Source: Octopus sinensis (Eukaryota). From it: 64,000 nucleotides of DNA. Shown piece by piece: positions 36,886 to 51,793 of the stretch (within the stretch, counting starts at the first letter, position 1; each line of letters opens with the position of its first letter). Under the pieces are notes generated by a model. It was not told the DNA's origin. It worked only from the letters and a program-made list of their open reading frames with translations, and did no database searches. A program made the translations under genes and the position numbers. The stretch lies in contig NC_043012.1 in assembly GCF_006345805.1 (NCBI RefSeq), positions 32,922,001-32,986,000 on the forward strand, read 5' to 3'.

Positions 36886-39800
36886 ACTACATGTGTAGTT
36901 GCTACATGTGTACCATATAGAGTATTCCACATACATGGTACCTTTAATGCAGAAAAGCCTGCCAGAAAGGTAGCCTTTTAACCCTTTAAGCATTTAAATC
37001 AGTCATAACTGGCCTTAATATTTTATGCGTTTTATGCTAAAGTGACCAGATCCAACCTCTCAGACCTACCCTACAATGTCATTCTCAAAGTATACAAACA
37101 CACCATTGAAATCTTGAAGCTACAAATGAATGATTAATTCAAAACAATATGAATAAATAAGCATTACATTTGACAAAGAGATCTGAATGCTAAAGGGTTT
37201 AATTAGTCTCTCTGATGGGCTTCTCCAGGTTTTGTTTATTCAATTTCATTCACAGGTTTGGGACATGCAGCTATGGTAGAAGATACTTGCCCAAAATGCC
37301 ATGCAATGGGACCAGCCTTGGAACTTCATGATTGTGAAGCAAACTTTCTAACCACATGATATTAGTTATTATTGTTCGACTGTGGTCGAGACAATGGAAT
37401 TTACTATGTTACGCCAGACTTCATGGTCCATCATAGCATTACGGAGGTCCTGTTGCTGGATGCCTGTATCCCTGGAGATATCAATATTAAGTATTGTTAA
37501 AGGTTGTCTTAAAAAGTGATACGATAAAAGGAGATTTGTGACTTAATAGAATCGTTGAGAGCTTTATCTTGACAATTATACTGGAGCACAGTAGCAGCTA
37601 TATGAGTGCCACATGGGCCTGATCTGGGTTTCATGCAATACTGCAGGTCATATAAAACAAAAGAAACTGGCCATGCAGATATTACGTAATTTCTAGTGAA
37701 TGTAGTAACAAACACAACCCAATCAGAAAGGCTGTGAGATAGTGGTGATAATAGTAATAGCAGTAATGGTGGTGTTGATACTCGTAAGATGACAGGAAAA
37801 AATCAAAATCAAAAAAATACACTAGGTAACAGGGGTCAAAGGGCACTACCCAACAAGTGCATCCGTCTAAATCCTACCATTAAACGGTGAGTAAATTTAT
37901 TATTCTTTGCAGTTGACTTGACCTTGCTGTATTTTGCACTGATTCATGTCAGTGCAACCACAGCAAGCATTACTGCTGCTGCTACCATCATCACAAAGCG
38001 CAGAGAGATAGCGGGTGTTTAACGCAGCCCTTCACACTGAATTACACCCAAGAGCTGTCATGTCAAAAAAATGCCCTCAGAGCATGTTAGACATGCACTA
38101 AATAACCTTGTTGACTTCCTGTAGTAAAAGGAAAGGCCTCACAGTTATCAGTGTTGTGACCTTCCATCACAATACCGATGACAGCAACAAAAATAACATT
38201 TCATTTAATTTTTGGTTTCGGCTTCTTAATTTTATTGAATTTTTGTTAACCGAACACCAGTATTCACTGCTGCCGGCTGCTACTACTACACCTACTACTG
38301 GCATGTATGATAATAGTTGATATAAACATCTTAATAGAGGTAGAATATTGTGGCCACATGCAAAAACTAACTACTTTGTTTACTTGAGAAACTGATATGA
38401 CACCCAGTTTGTGACTGAAGGGCCTACATGAATGTACTGACCCCTGTTGGTTAATCCATGTGTACAAAATATTCCTGACAGTTCATACCAAAATATATTC
38501 CTATAATAGCTCATATCAACACTTGATTTTACAGAAACATCTGACATCAGCACAAAAAAAAAGTCTGGTTATAGAAAGAAATTTAATAATCAGTTGCTAT
38601 TAAGGTTAAAGTAGGAAACTATCTATGAATCTTTTCGTGAGTTCAAACTCAATTCCAACCAAGACCAGTAGCCTATCATAGGTACTGAAATTTGGAACAT
38701 GTTTAACCCTTTTGATACCAACCCGGCTCTGGCTCTGTAGTACAAATGTCTCATTTTCGTAAGTTTTGAATTAAAATCTTCCACCAGACCTTGGTCACAA
38801 TTTATGTTCCTAACACTAGCTTAATGATGACCAAGTTATTTTACTAAATTCTTCGTTATATTTAAAATAATTGAAAGAAATACATAGTATCTCAAAATAA
38901 ATACAGTAATGAAATTTTACATAATTTTAAAAAATTCCTTTTTATTCATAGTTTAAAAATACACACAATTCAAACTTTTGGCTTAAATTCCAGTAATAGA
39001 TCATTAAATATGTTTATGGGGAGAAAGGTATGAGGATGTTATGCGCTAAAAATAACAGCCCTTAAATCATGCACCATTTGGGGGGGGGGGGCTTGTATAA
39101 TCATGAATTCCCATGTGTAGAACACAAATTTGCCAAAATTTTCTGAAAATTCTAAAAAAAAATTTTTAATTACAAGGGGTTATATGGTGTGCTTAATGCA
39201 GAATTTCACCACTGATTTTACTGTCTACCAGATCTGATTTCATGGGATTAATGTAATTAGACAGGCTTTCAAAAGTTTCATGTTCATATCCATGCTGTAC
39301 ACACAGGTGAAAAATGTAACTCATCATATATTTTTGTGTTCACCTCAACTTCAGAGAGATTCCATTAGATATCATTTATAGCACTTCTCAAGTTTCTCAT
39401 GATTAAAGTATTGTGGTATGAAAGAGTTGTTGACTTCTGTTTAATATTGGTATATAGAAGAGGAATAAATCTGTAATTATTGAGGGACAATAGGTGAATG
39501 TGGGCATGAGTTCAATCCTTATGTCAGCCAAGTTATATACCCTACAAGCTGACGTACCTGATAATTCCTGGAAAAGCGGGGCTTATCTCTTGGTCCCATT
39601 CTCATAATTGTTTCGCTAATCCAATAGGAACAATACAAGGTATGTAGCCCTCAAAACAGTTTTTGTGCATTTACAGAGAATACCGAACTGTCTTACACAG
39701 GATCTTGTTTTTAGGAAATCCCAATAATTATGAATACCAAAATCATGGCGTCAGTTATGTAACAGCATGCAAATTAGTTACCCGATAGTAACAATTCAAA

Positions 39801-40859
39801 TAAAGTAGCCCTGGAAAGGGCTTTCATGTATTCCCAGAGTATATAGAAATTAGGAGGAAATACCAATAAGGTAAGTATACCAAAATCATGAAGCATGTCA
39901 CGTAATAACAGGCAAATCAGATATGAGATAATAACAAATCAATGTCAGTAACTCTGCAAAGTTCTTCATGCAGCGCCTGTCAATTGGCTGAAATGACATG
40001 ATCGGCATCCTCATTCATGGTATATTCCTGAATAAGTCACTAACCGAAATAAGTAGATCTATTGTTGAGGAAAATACTATTTACTTGTTTCAGGGTTGTT
40101 CTGGGTAAAGTGCAAAAATTACCCTAACAGTTCAAATACTAAGAAATAAACATACTCAACTATATTTATACCAAATAAAATGTAATATTTTGAAAAACGT
40201 TTTCACAGTTGTCATGGAAACTGTATGTTAATGGTAAAATTTGAAATATGTTGTGGCATTGATATCTCCACAACCCATGGTAAGATTTTACTCAAATGTG
40301 TCTTAAATGAAAAATCTTAGGTAGGTCTATGAAATGTCATTAAATTTATATATTTATTCAGGCCAGGGGTTAGATTGATAGTATCACTGACCTTGTCTGA
40401 CAACTTCTTGTTAGAAAATCCACGTAATGTAGGATGCACACGTATTTATACACCATAATCACTGCCAACTTGTCACTCTAATGGTATTGCTTTTCTAATA
40501 AATGGAGGGAGATATGACCATTGGGCAAAATAGAAAAATAAAGAAAACTGAATGGTTTATTTCCCATTGGCCGTTAAAAGAAAAGAGATGGGTTATATCT
40601 GGACCCCATCTAGGGGCCCTAGCTGTCTGATTATAGATTTTTTTCAATGAGCCTAGTAACAAACTGGATGCTGGTTTAACATGTATGCAAAGTTTCATGA
40701 AGATTCGTTAACAGGTGTAGATGGTAACTTGACACAAACAGACAACCAAACAGACTGCCATTTATATATGTATAGATGATTGAAGGTTAACAAACCAGTG
40801 ATGTCACAAGTTGTAGAATAACTAATAAGAAAACTATATTTGGTATGGACAATAAAATG

Positions 40860-41918
40860 AGAACAGACTTTGGTTGTTAATGAAGGGTAGTTCCAAATAT
40901 CCTCAAACCAAATATGACAGATACTTCAAGATGAAAAGTGAAATGGTTAGAACATTGTGACTATAATTTTGAAGAGACCAAAACAGGTGGAAACATAAAG
41001 GCAAATGGACCGGTGAATATGGAGGGTGCAACAGAACTTCTGAACCAAGTCCCAGTAACTTCTGCCATGCCTACAAAGAAGTGTGTGGTCTGGCATTGTT
41101 GTGGTGAAAGACAAAGTCCTTACAGTCAGAAAGTGCTGAACACTTCTGGTGGATCACCGCATTTAATTTGTCCAGTTGGACAGAGTGCATATCTAAACTG
41201 ATGGTCCTGTCCATGGGAAGAAGCTTATATAAGACAACCCTTCCAATCCTACTAAAATGAAAGTATAATCTTCTTTGGGTGAAATTCTGCTTTGGAGGCT
41301 GTTGGTGGTGGTTTGCCACTTTTCTCTCAGGATCATTTGTGCTTCACATCATTCTAGACAACCCATTCTTCATCCCTTGTCATCATTCGCTTCCTGCAAC
41401 AAATTGCAGATGGAAATCCATTAGGCAAGGTTATCCTCATTCAGTTGATGCAGATGGGTCTCAACATCCTGTGTGGATATTTGGAGAATATCTGTGATCA
41501 CCTTGATCATAGAACAGGAGCTGGTATTGACTAGCACCTTCATTTTGTTGCTGTTGGCTGGCCAGTGCATGGTGCATCTTGAACCAAAAGGTTTCACAGT
41601 TGAAATCTTGAAAATCATTTCAGGCAAAAACATTCCATAACAGTTGCCTCTCTCTACAGAACATATTTCTTCCTGCAGGTTTCCACCACTTCCTTGCCAT
41701 TGTTAAAATAAAAAAAAAGCATGCAGTGTTGACAATGTGTGTTTTGTCCATTTTTAGGGCGATTCCATGCACACACAATACATGCCTCATTGCAAGTTTG
41801 TGTTGAACTATATTGCAATGTCAAGTCTCTAACAAGTGTGTATGCACAAGGAAGACTGGAGTTAGCTACTTATTAGAATGTCTACAAAAACTGAACAAAC
41901 TTCTTGGCCAACCCAACA
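40860..41918 (-). mobile_element. Degenerate mariner transposon (transposase pseudogene)
   Basis: Fragments MMTRDEEWVV (TGDEKW motif), VVLYKLLPMDRTI, HHNNARPH and EVLLHPPYSPVH..FHLF. TIR-like TGTTGGGTTGGCCAAGAAGTT at 41918. Confidence 0.85.
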
Positions 41919-42254
41919 GATGAATATAAACCCTTTCATGCATTTTTATGTGTCTGTGCCTCTTTGTTATAGAATGTAATAGAATAGATATGTTTATTTA
42001 ATTAAAGTTTTTCACATTGTGCAGCTTTGAATGCATCTGAAATTATGTTGAACTCTTAAGTCAAGCAAATGTGGTCACACCTATCATATATCTTAGAAGA
42101 AGAAATTTAGAAATCAGTTTTAATTTAAATACCCCTCCTACTATTAACCAATTATTCATATAAAAACGGGATTGTAAATCTGTTCTCAGCCAGGTTGGCC
42201 AACAACATCCATGTTACTTGCATCAACATCACATATTTAAAGAGGTTAATTATG

Positions 42255-42733
42255 TAAGAGGCGGTATCAAAAAGTTCCAGAACTAATTATGTTTAATAAA
42301 AAAATGACTTATTTAACCTAAGTTCTAACATCACCCCCTTTGAAATAGTCACCTTGTGCGGCAATATCTGGTGAATATGGTGGATGTGGAAGTGATGCCG
42401 GTGGCACGTAAAAAGCACCAACCGATCGCGGCTGCTGCCAGCCTCCCATGGCACGTAAAAAGCACCCACTACACTCACGGAGTGATTGGCGTTAGGAAGG
42501 GCATCCAGCTGTAGAAACACTGCCAGATCAGACTGGGCCTGGTGCAGCCTCCTGGCTTCCCAGACCCCAGTTGAACCATCCAACCCATGCTAGCATGGAA
42601 AGCGGACGTTAAACGATGATGATGATGTCACTGATGAAGGTCACTGCTAGCGCTCATTGCACATGCAACCATGTGCTGCTATCTGTTGGCACACTACAGC
42701 ACGAGTTTGGAAACTTTTTGAAACCACCTTGTA
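42255..42733. mobile_element. Internally deleted mariner-type element with a nested retroposon
   Basis: TA-flanked TIRs (AGAGGCGGTATCAAAAAGTTCC / GGAAACTTTTTGAAACCACCTTG). Minus-strand IAAQGDYF transposase C-terminus at ~42335-42366. Retroposon at 42397-42627. Confidence 0.75.
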
Positions 42734-45700
42734 TTCCACACTATCCATCATTTAACATAATTATCATGTATTATCATTTTTGTATCCCCTTTTCCATGCT
42801 GATATTGGATGAGACTTGTTGGGACTCCCTTCTTGCTGTCAAACTTGATTTCAAACTGCCAAGCGAGTGGAGTTTTTTGACGAGGAATATAAATCAATAT
42901 CACCTCTGCCAAGACTGATGGGGCCACCCATCTCTCCTCATACATGCACGCACGCACACACGCACCCATACATACACATGCACACATACATTTATACATA
43001 CAAATGGGTGGCTTCCACACCATTTCCATCTACTGAATTTCATTCATAAGGTATTGGTCCATCTGAAGTTAAGAATAGAAAACCTCTAAGGTATTTTGTA
43101 ATGGGACCAAATCTTATAACAAATGGTTGCAAAGTGAACTTTGTAACCACACAGCCCTATTTATCCCATATTTGATTTCTGTTACGATTGTTTTAGGTTA
43201 AAGCTGAAATCAGCTCAGAGCTCCTGATTTATATTTATATACATATTTGTGTTCTATGCTGTAATTTATATTGTGGCACAGTAGCAAATCCACAGTGTCA
43301 CCAGTGTCATACAGGTTTCTTTTACAGTTGTGCAAATTCTATTTATGTACTCTTCATTCTTACAAGCTCTTGGCAATAGCCCAGGTTATGTTAAAGCATG
43401 TCTATCTTACACACTATGAAGACAGTGGTTTTTGATCGTAATACACCACATAGATATTGGTTTTTGAGGTGACATACTTTTTTTAAATTCTAATTGCTGA
43501 AAAGATTAACCTTCTAATCCAGTCATATTCAGCCCAAATATTCTACCTGTTTTATGTTAAAACTAACCAGATCTAACCTCTCATACTTGTCCTACACTGT
43601 CATTCTAAAAATGATGATATCTCTGAAGTTGAGGTGAACACAAAAATATATGATGAGTTACATTTTTCACCTGTGTGTACAGCATGGATATGAACATGAA
43701 ACTTTAAAAAGCCTGTCTAATTACATTAATCCCATGGAATCAGATCTGGTAGACAGTAAATAAAATCAGTGGTGAAATTCTGCATTAAGCACACCATATA
43801 ACCCCTTGTAATTAAAAATTTTTTTTTAGAATTTTCAGAAAATTTTGGCAAATTTGTGTTCTACACATGGGAATTCATGATTATACAACCCCCCCCCCCC
43901 AAAAAATGGTGCATGATTTAAGGGCTGTTATTTTTAGCGCATAACATCCTCATACCTTTCTCCCCATAAACATATTTAATGATCTATTACTGGAATTTAA
44001 GCCAAAAGTTTGAATTGTGTGTATTTTTAAACTATGAATAAAAAGGAATTTTTTTTAATTATGTAAAATTAGAAGAAAACATTTTTTTTCATAGGCATGT
44101 GATTTCCCATGTGTATGATACAAATTCAAAAAAAAAAAAAATTATGAAAATTTCCAAAAGTAAATGAATTATGAAGGATTATATGGTGTGCTTAAAGCAG
44201 ACTTCCAACCAAATTTGAAAGCTAAAGATTATTTATTTAGCTTGGAAACAGGTGCAGATTGGCAACAGGAAGAAAATCTGTCTCAACAAATGCCATCTGA
44301 CCCATGCAAGCATGGAAAAGTGGACGTTAAAATGATGATGGTGGTAAAAAAAATCCTCAGCCCGAAATTTTAATAACTGTTCAACTTGATTCAATAATTG
44401 AAAATGTTTAGATCAGATGAAGATTCTGTAACATTTTAACAAATTAAAAAGAGCCGTCATAGAAAAAAGTATCAGAGCCGTTGGTATAAGTCATTTCAAA
44501 GAATAAATCCTATATGTATTATATCAAAATAAGCAAATGTGTAAAATAAATTAAAATCAAAGTCACTCAGCCAAAAAGCTAACCAAACCCAAAACAGCTT
44601 GTATTTAGGAGTTTATGACAAACTGCAGGGTTTTCCCAACTCTGTGAAAAAGCTGGTGGAACATCATTTTAAATGTACCTTGAAATTTATAAAGAAAGCT
44701 TATAATAGATTAAATTGACTATACTATATGTTCAGTTACTTTATAGGGCCTGGAAAAAGAGAACCCAAAGTCAGAAAATAACGGGAGAAAACTAACAACT
44801 GAAAAGGTGCTGACATAACTATCTGACATACCTATCACTCCACTGCCTCTAGTATCTTCTCTTAATCCAATACACCCTGTTTCATCATGTACTATAAATA
44901 AACAAGACACATGTTTAATTATATTGTACAATCCAACCTCCCCCTGCAGTAACTAGATGTCAGTGGTCTGGTAAATAGTTATAAACTAATGGACTACATC
45001 GTTGAGATAGAATTTTCACAAGTACTAGTGATGGATAGATGAATGAATGCATCTTCTTTCACTTGTTTCAGTCATTGGACTGTGGCCATGCTGGGGCACT
45101 GCCTTAAAGAAATTTTAGTTGAATGAATTAACTTCAGTGCTTATTTTTATTTTATTTAAGCCTGGCACTTGTTCTATTGATCTCTTTTTGCCAAACTGCT
45201 CAGTTACAAAGATGTAAACAAACAGCAGTGGGGAATAAACAGACACACACAAACACACACACACACACATATATATATGATGGGCTTCTTTCAGTTTCCG
45301 TCTACCTACCAAATCCACTCACAAGGCTTTGGTCAACCTGAGGTTATAGTAGAAGACATTTGCCCAAGATGACATGCAGTGGGACTGAACCCAGAACCAT
45401 GTGGTTGAGAAATAAGCTTATTACCACATAGCCACAGCAGTGCCTGCATAAACTTTGCAAGTTTTTTGCTTGATAATCAGAAACATGCCTACCTACTACC
45501 ACATCAATATAATAACAACTTATCCTTTGCCTTTACCAAAATCTCATCCAAACTTAAAACAAACAGGCATGCATTCTTGTTTATTTTAAATATAGATTTA
45601 TTCATGCATGCACACACAGATGCCCTACACGTGCGCACACACAGATGCCCCACATGTGCACACACACAAATTCTGAGAATGCAATCCTGGCTACGCATGT

Positions 45701-47167
45701 CTGGTAGAGAGTGATAGGGGTTTTATAACATCTCAAGACTGCAGTGAATTTAATCATTTCCTTTTGGAAACAAAAGTTAGAATAGAATTTTAGTATTGAT
45801 TCCACCCAACTTTAAACCATTTACGATTAAATTTAAATAGTTGCCTTCATTTTCATTTGAGCAAAAAATCTATATACCATAAGATCCTTTCTTAAATATG
45901 GCTAAATTCAGATCAGGGGTTTATTATGAATTAAATGTAAACCGAAACGGGCCAAATAACAGCAGTAAGACATATGTTGTAATAATAACGGAAGGGAGTC
46001 GGGGAGAAAGTAAGCAAAGGTAGGGGCAACGTTTCACCCCCCCACACACACACACCAAGAGACATCCACAAGGCTAAGAAGATAAACAACTCTGTGTGTC
46101 TGTGTGTGTGTGTGTATACATGCACTTGCATGAGTGTGTGTGTGTGTGTGTTAACTACGTACATGTGTACCTCACAAGGCTCACATTAATTCGTATAAGT
46201 GAGGTATTTATTTTACTAAGGATGCTCACAACTAACTGGAAATTAGTTGGGGCAATGGCCATTATCTATGGGAAATATCTTTTTTTACTTGTTTCAGTCA
46301 TTAGACTGTGGCCATACTGGGGCACCGCTTTGAAGAATTTTAGTTGAATGAATTGGCCCCAGTAATATTTTTTTTTTGTATAGCCTGGTACTTATTCTAT
46401 CAGTTTCTCTTGCCGAACCACTAAGTTACAGGGACGTAGAGTGGCCGTGTGGTAAGTAGCTTACTTACCAACCACATGGTTCCGGGTTCAGTCCCACTGC
46501 GTGGCACCTTGGGCAAGTGTCTTCTACTATAGCCTCGGGCCGACCAAAGCCTTGTGAGTGGATTTGGTAGACGGAAACTGAAAGAAGCCCGTCGTATATA
46601 TGTATATATATATTTGTATGTGTGTCTGTGTTTATCACCCCCAACATTGCTTGACAACCGATGCTGGTGTGTTTACATCCCCCATAACTTAGCAGTTCAG
46701 CAAAAGAGACCGATAGAATAAGTACTAGGCTTACAAAGAATAAGTCCTGGGGTCGATTTGCTCGACTAAAGGTGGTGCTCCAGCATGGCCACAGTCACAT
46801 GACTGAAACAAGTAAAAGAGTATATAAACACTGGTTGCGAAGTGGTGATACAAAGACACACACACACACACACACACAGAGGCTTCTTTCAGTTTCCGTG
46901 TACCAAATCCACTCCCAAGTCAGCCTGAGGCTATATATCTGGCCAAAAGAGTTTACTTGTTTTATGTTCAAACCAGACCAGATCAGGCTTCTCTCACAAC
47001 TACCCTACAATGTCAATCAAAAAATATACAATCCCATTATATTTTGATCCCGGGGCTACAAAATAATGGATGAATGATTCAAAATAATATGAATAAATAA
47101 GCATTACATTTGACACAACACAGAATCCACACCAGTCAATACATCACACATACACAGATACATGCAT

Positions 47168-47239
<72 letters not shown>

Positions 47240-47260
47240 TTCTATCACACACACACACAC
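47168..47260. repeat. (CT)n/(CA)n microsatellite (representative)
   Basis: Seen directly. Other compound TA/CA/GA microsatellites at 2163-2320, 27675-27845, 48415-48700 and 54110-54305. Confidence 0.95.
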
Positions 47261-47876
47261 ACTCACGCATTTCTCCATATATATAAATATACAATCTGCA
47301 ACTAAAAGGCAGACCTGGAGTAATGCTGGCATACTATTGATGACGTCACAAATGGTGATAAAAGAACTCTAACCAAACTGACTGACTGACAGAACAATTA
47401 GTCAAATAATCAACGAATTAATTAGTTAAATGGTTAACTAGTTAAATAATAAAAATGATAATAATAATAATAATAATCCTGTCTACTAAAAGTACAAGGC
47501 CTGAAATTTGGGAGGGAGGGGACTAGTCAATTACATCGACCCCAATGTGTCACTGGTACTTAATTTATCGGCCCAGAAAGGAGGAAAGGCAAAGCCAACC
47601 CCAGCAGAATTTGAACTCAGAATGTAGTGGCAGACAAAATACCTATTTCTTTATTACCCACAACGGGTTAAACATAGAGGGGACAAACAAGGACAGACAC
47701 ACGGATTAAGTCGATTATATCGACCCCAGTGTGTAACTGGTACTTAATTTATCAACCCCGAAAGGATGAAAAGCAAAGTCGACCTCGGCGGAATTTGAAC
47801 TCAGAACTCAGACAAAATACTGCTAAGCAGTTTGCCTGGTGTGCTAATAATTCTACCAACTCAATGCCTTAATAAT

Positions 47877-47919
<43 letters not shown>

Positions 47920-48412
47920 GATATAATGACCTGCTCAAGAGGCACTAAAAGAATATATAATCATATAAAGTAAAATATGTATAGTTCTTTTCTTAAACTA
48001 CCTCACTTAGTTTCACCTCTAAACTCAATAAAGTGCATAAATTAATTTTTGAGGCCTTTCTATTACAAGTAAGAAAATATTTTGCATGTGATAAGAACTA
48101 GGTGAACTGATGAGAGAAGCAAGTCAAGCCCAGCCCACATTTCTTGTGCTTTGTGCTTCAGCATCAAGATATACCTGGAATTTGAGAAGGCTGGCAAGCT
48201 TTAGGAAGGCCATGATAAAAAAAAAAAGTTAACTACCCCCACAAACGACAAAACAAAAACAGCCGGCTGAAAGATAAGTGCGGGAGGCAAAGGCACGCGT
48301 GCTGACACACGCATGCACCCCAGGGGATATGCGGCTTGATTCCCAATAGACACAAGCCAGTTATTTTCTTTTCTATTCACATATTTACATTATAGTTGAA
48401 TATTTATCTTAC

Positions 48413-48457
<45 letters not shown>

Positions 48458-48606
48458 TACATTTTATATTTGCTTATCTATATACACACATACATACATA
48501 TATATATATATATGCCTTTGTAAATGTATATATGTGTGTGTGTGTGTGTATTATTCATGTATGTATGTGTATATATACTTATATATATATATATATCACC
48601 CCCTTG

Positions 48607-48672
<66 letters not shown>

Positions 48673-50566
48673 GGAGGGAGATATATATATATATATATAA
48701 TCATCATCTAACGTCCGTTTTCCTTGCTGGCATGGGTTAGACGATTTGACTGGAACTGGTAAGCCAGAGAGCTGCACCAGGTTCCAGTTTGATTTGGCAT
48801 GGTTTCTATGGCTGGATGCCCTTGTTTCAGTTATTTGACTGTAGCCATTCTAGGGCACTGCCGTGAAGGGTTTTAGTTGAACAAATCAACCCCACGTCTC
48901 TTTTCAGATAGGCATAGGAGTGGCTGTGTGGTAAGTAGCTTGCTTACGAACCACATGGTTCCAGGTTCAGTCCCACTGTGTGGCACCTTGGGCAAGTGTC
49001 TTCTACTATAGCCTCGGGCTGACCAAAGCTTTGTGAGTGGATTTGGTAGACGGAAACTGAAAGAAGCCCATCGTATATATGCATATGTTTGTGTGTTGTG
49101 ATTGTCCTTACCCCCAACATCGCTTGACAACCGATGCTGGTTCGGCAAAAGAGACCGATAGAATAAGTACTAGGCTTACAAAGAATAAGTCCTGGGGTCG
49201 ATTTCCTCAACGAAAGGCGGTGCTCCAGCATGGCCACAGTCAAATGACTGAAACAAGTAAATGAGTAACAAATATACTACTACTACTATAACACACACAT
49301 GGCCACAACAGATGCATCTACACTGTCTCCTCCTGTCCCCCTACTGTCTCATCTCCCAAACACTTAAACACAAGACTTGCAACCTTTAGTAATTCCCTCC
49401 CAAGTTTCAGCGCAAAGGTACAGGGCACCACCCTCCTCTTTCCTCCCTCCCTCGCTCCTAAAACAATTTGTTAAAACACTTCTTTCTTTTTTTTTACTCA
49501 GACAAAAATATATTTTCAGACAAAAAAAATTATTTTTATCGTCTAGAAAAGAAAAATAAATGAGATTGGGGAGTGATAAAGGGAGTGAGTGGGAAATTGA
49601 GATAAGAACAGAGAGCATATTGATTTAATCATAACAAAAACAAACTATTCTTAGACCAAAGAGAACAACAGAGCAGTTTATTGGTGGAACCAGTTGAAGG
49701 TGAGAAAGAAATGTAAAATATTTTGGACAACTTGAGGGAAACTGAATAATGAAAATAAATGCAGAAAGTATCTTGAAAAATATATCAGGGAATAACAGAA
49801 AGGAGTAAGAACTAATTAGAAATAGAGGGGGGGGGCAAAGATGTATTTTATAAAAAAAAAAGAGAGAAAAAACAGTTGAAAATAAAAGCGACGTAAAAAA
49901 AAATCTAAGAATTTCAATGGTAAAAAAATAAAATTCAAGGTAAAATAAAAGGAGGAAAGGAGGTAAAAATAAAGAGAAGGGGGGAATAAGATAAGGAGAA
50001 AAAAGAAAAGCCAGAAAGAAAAAATAAGGTAGTAGAGAAAAGAAGAGAAGAGAAAGAGAAGTGAAAAGAGAGAGAGGTAAACAAAAAAATTGAGAGCAGT
50101 CAAAGAGAAGCAGAGAAAGACAGCTGCAATGGAGACAATATTAGAAATTGGAAGTGCAATCCACATCACCTGCAGGCAATGTGTAAAAGAAAAAAAGGGG
50201 GAATGAGAGGAGTAAGGCAATTGTAACAGACATGCCATCAGTGTGATGCTGTTTACAGCTTGTGTTGTAGTGTTTTATGATGTCAGCAGCAGACCAAACA
50301 GTTAAGTGTTGTTTAGGTTTGCTTATTTTCCCGCCACTTCTCTCCACCCTACCTCCCCAAGCCAATTCATTGAACATCAACCCCGCCAAATTTCTATTTG
50401 TCTCCGACACAAACAGAAGGAGAAAAAAAAAAAACAGCTGGCATGACAAAAGATACATAAGTACAATGTAATAAAAAGAAATCCTAAACAAATATTATTT
50501 CAAAGAGCTTTTAGCTATTATCAGCATGTTGTGTAACTGAATACTTGGTTTTTGGATCCCTCAAAC

Positions 50567-50696
50567 TACAGGGTGTCCATAAAGTTCCGGTACATGGGAA
50601 TTAACAATACTTTAGGAAATTATTATTTCTTATATTTAATTCTTTATGTTATGATTTTATTTACTCCATGTACCCAGACTTTGTGGACACCCTGCA
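50567..50696. mobile_element. Tc1/mariner-type MITE
   Basis: TA|CAGGGTGTCCATAAAGT...TACATGG and CCATGTA...ACTTTGTGGACACCCTG|CA inverted termini around an AT-rich core. Confidence 0.75.
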
Positions 50697-51793
50697 CAAT
50701 ACCGGCAATAGTTCTGTCTGGGTTTCCTTTGATTAATTTAGTCTATTTGTCAGGAGAATACACGTTAAATGCAGAGTGTGACCTCTACATATTCATTGAT
50801 CTCTCTTTTGAAATTCTAGAATCCATTGTTCTAGAACTGATTGATTCAATCAAGTGTATCTCCCTCAACTAACAAGAAATAACTTTGTACTTGATAAATA
50901 AATCATTATGGTACCCAGGTCTGAATTCCTGGCTATAGGCATTACAACCCATTCCATCACAAAACATTATGTACCATAGAAATGTAGAGTAAGAACCTGC
51001 AAGATGACTCGAGAAAATAGCCTTCATTCCAGGTTGCAGACACTTCATATTACATCACCAAAGCACTTAAAAATCACAATGAGTACACTTAATTCCCCAT
51101 TCCCACAACAATAAAACATAAGCCTCATAAATCAATACATAGATTCGTTTTGTAATCAACAAAAAAACTGTACAAAACAGGTGTAGAGAAAGGAGAGTAT
51201 TGTAGTTCGCTTGAAGCATTGTGTATTGTTTCATCATCATCATCATCATCATCATTCAACGTCCATTTTCCATGCTAGCATGGGTTGGACGTTTCGACCG
51301 GGGTCTGGTAATCCATGAAGGCTGCACCGGGCTCTAGTCTGATTTGGCAGTGTTACTACAGCTGGATGCCCTTCCTAACGCCAACCACTGCGTGAGTGTA
51401 GTGGGTGTTTTTTATGTGCCACCAGCACAGGGGCCAGAGCAGGCTGGCAAACAGCCATGATCGGTTGGTGCTTTTTATGTGTCACCGGCACGGGTGTTTT
51501 AACTACAATTTCCATTTGAATTTTTATTTTGATGTTGGTGTTAACATACTTGACTCAATAGGTCTTCTCAAGAACAGCGGATCACTCTACGATCCAAGGT
51601 TAGCACAAAAGGCTGTCCTGCGAGCCATGAACTCACTTCATTTGTTGGGTCTTCGAAGTCACAGCATATCTCCAGAGGTCTTTCGTCATAGCTTCTGTGA
51701 GACTCAAAGTACGAAGGTCATGCTTGACCACCTCATCCCATGTCTTCCTGGGTCTAACTCTACCCTGGATTCCTTCAACAGTTTGGGAGTTTG

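Larger units (their letters stand above)
38913..44070. repeat. Long, near-identical inverted duplication: arms 38913-39357 and 43620-44070, ~4.26-kb spacer
   Basis: Reverse-complement match over ~445 bp with only a few substitutions and indels, including the G/C homopolymer run. Confidence 0.95.

Noticed and set aside
38913-44070. Autonomous long-TIR transposon encoding the mariner transposase
   Set aside because: The transposase is decayed and has its own short TIR at 41918, the arms are much younger, and there is no TSD.
49816-50491. Hydrophobic ORFs (140 aa, 116 aa) and an acceptor-like TGCAG|GTG at ~50170
   Set aside because: The ORFs are translations of a purine-rich low-complexity tract, and I found no matching donor or ankyrin-like coding sequence.
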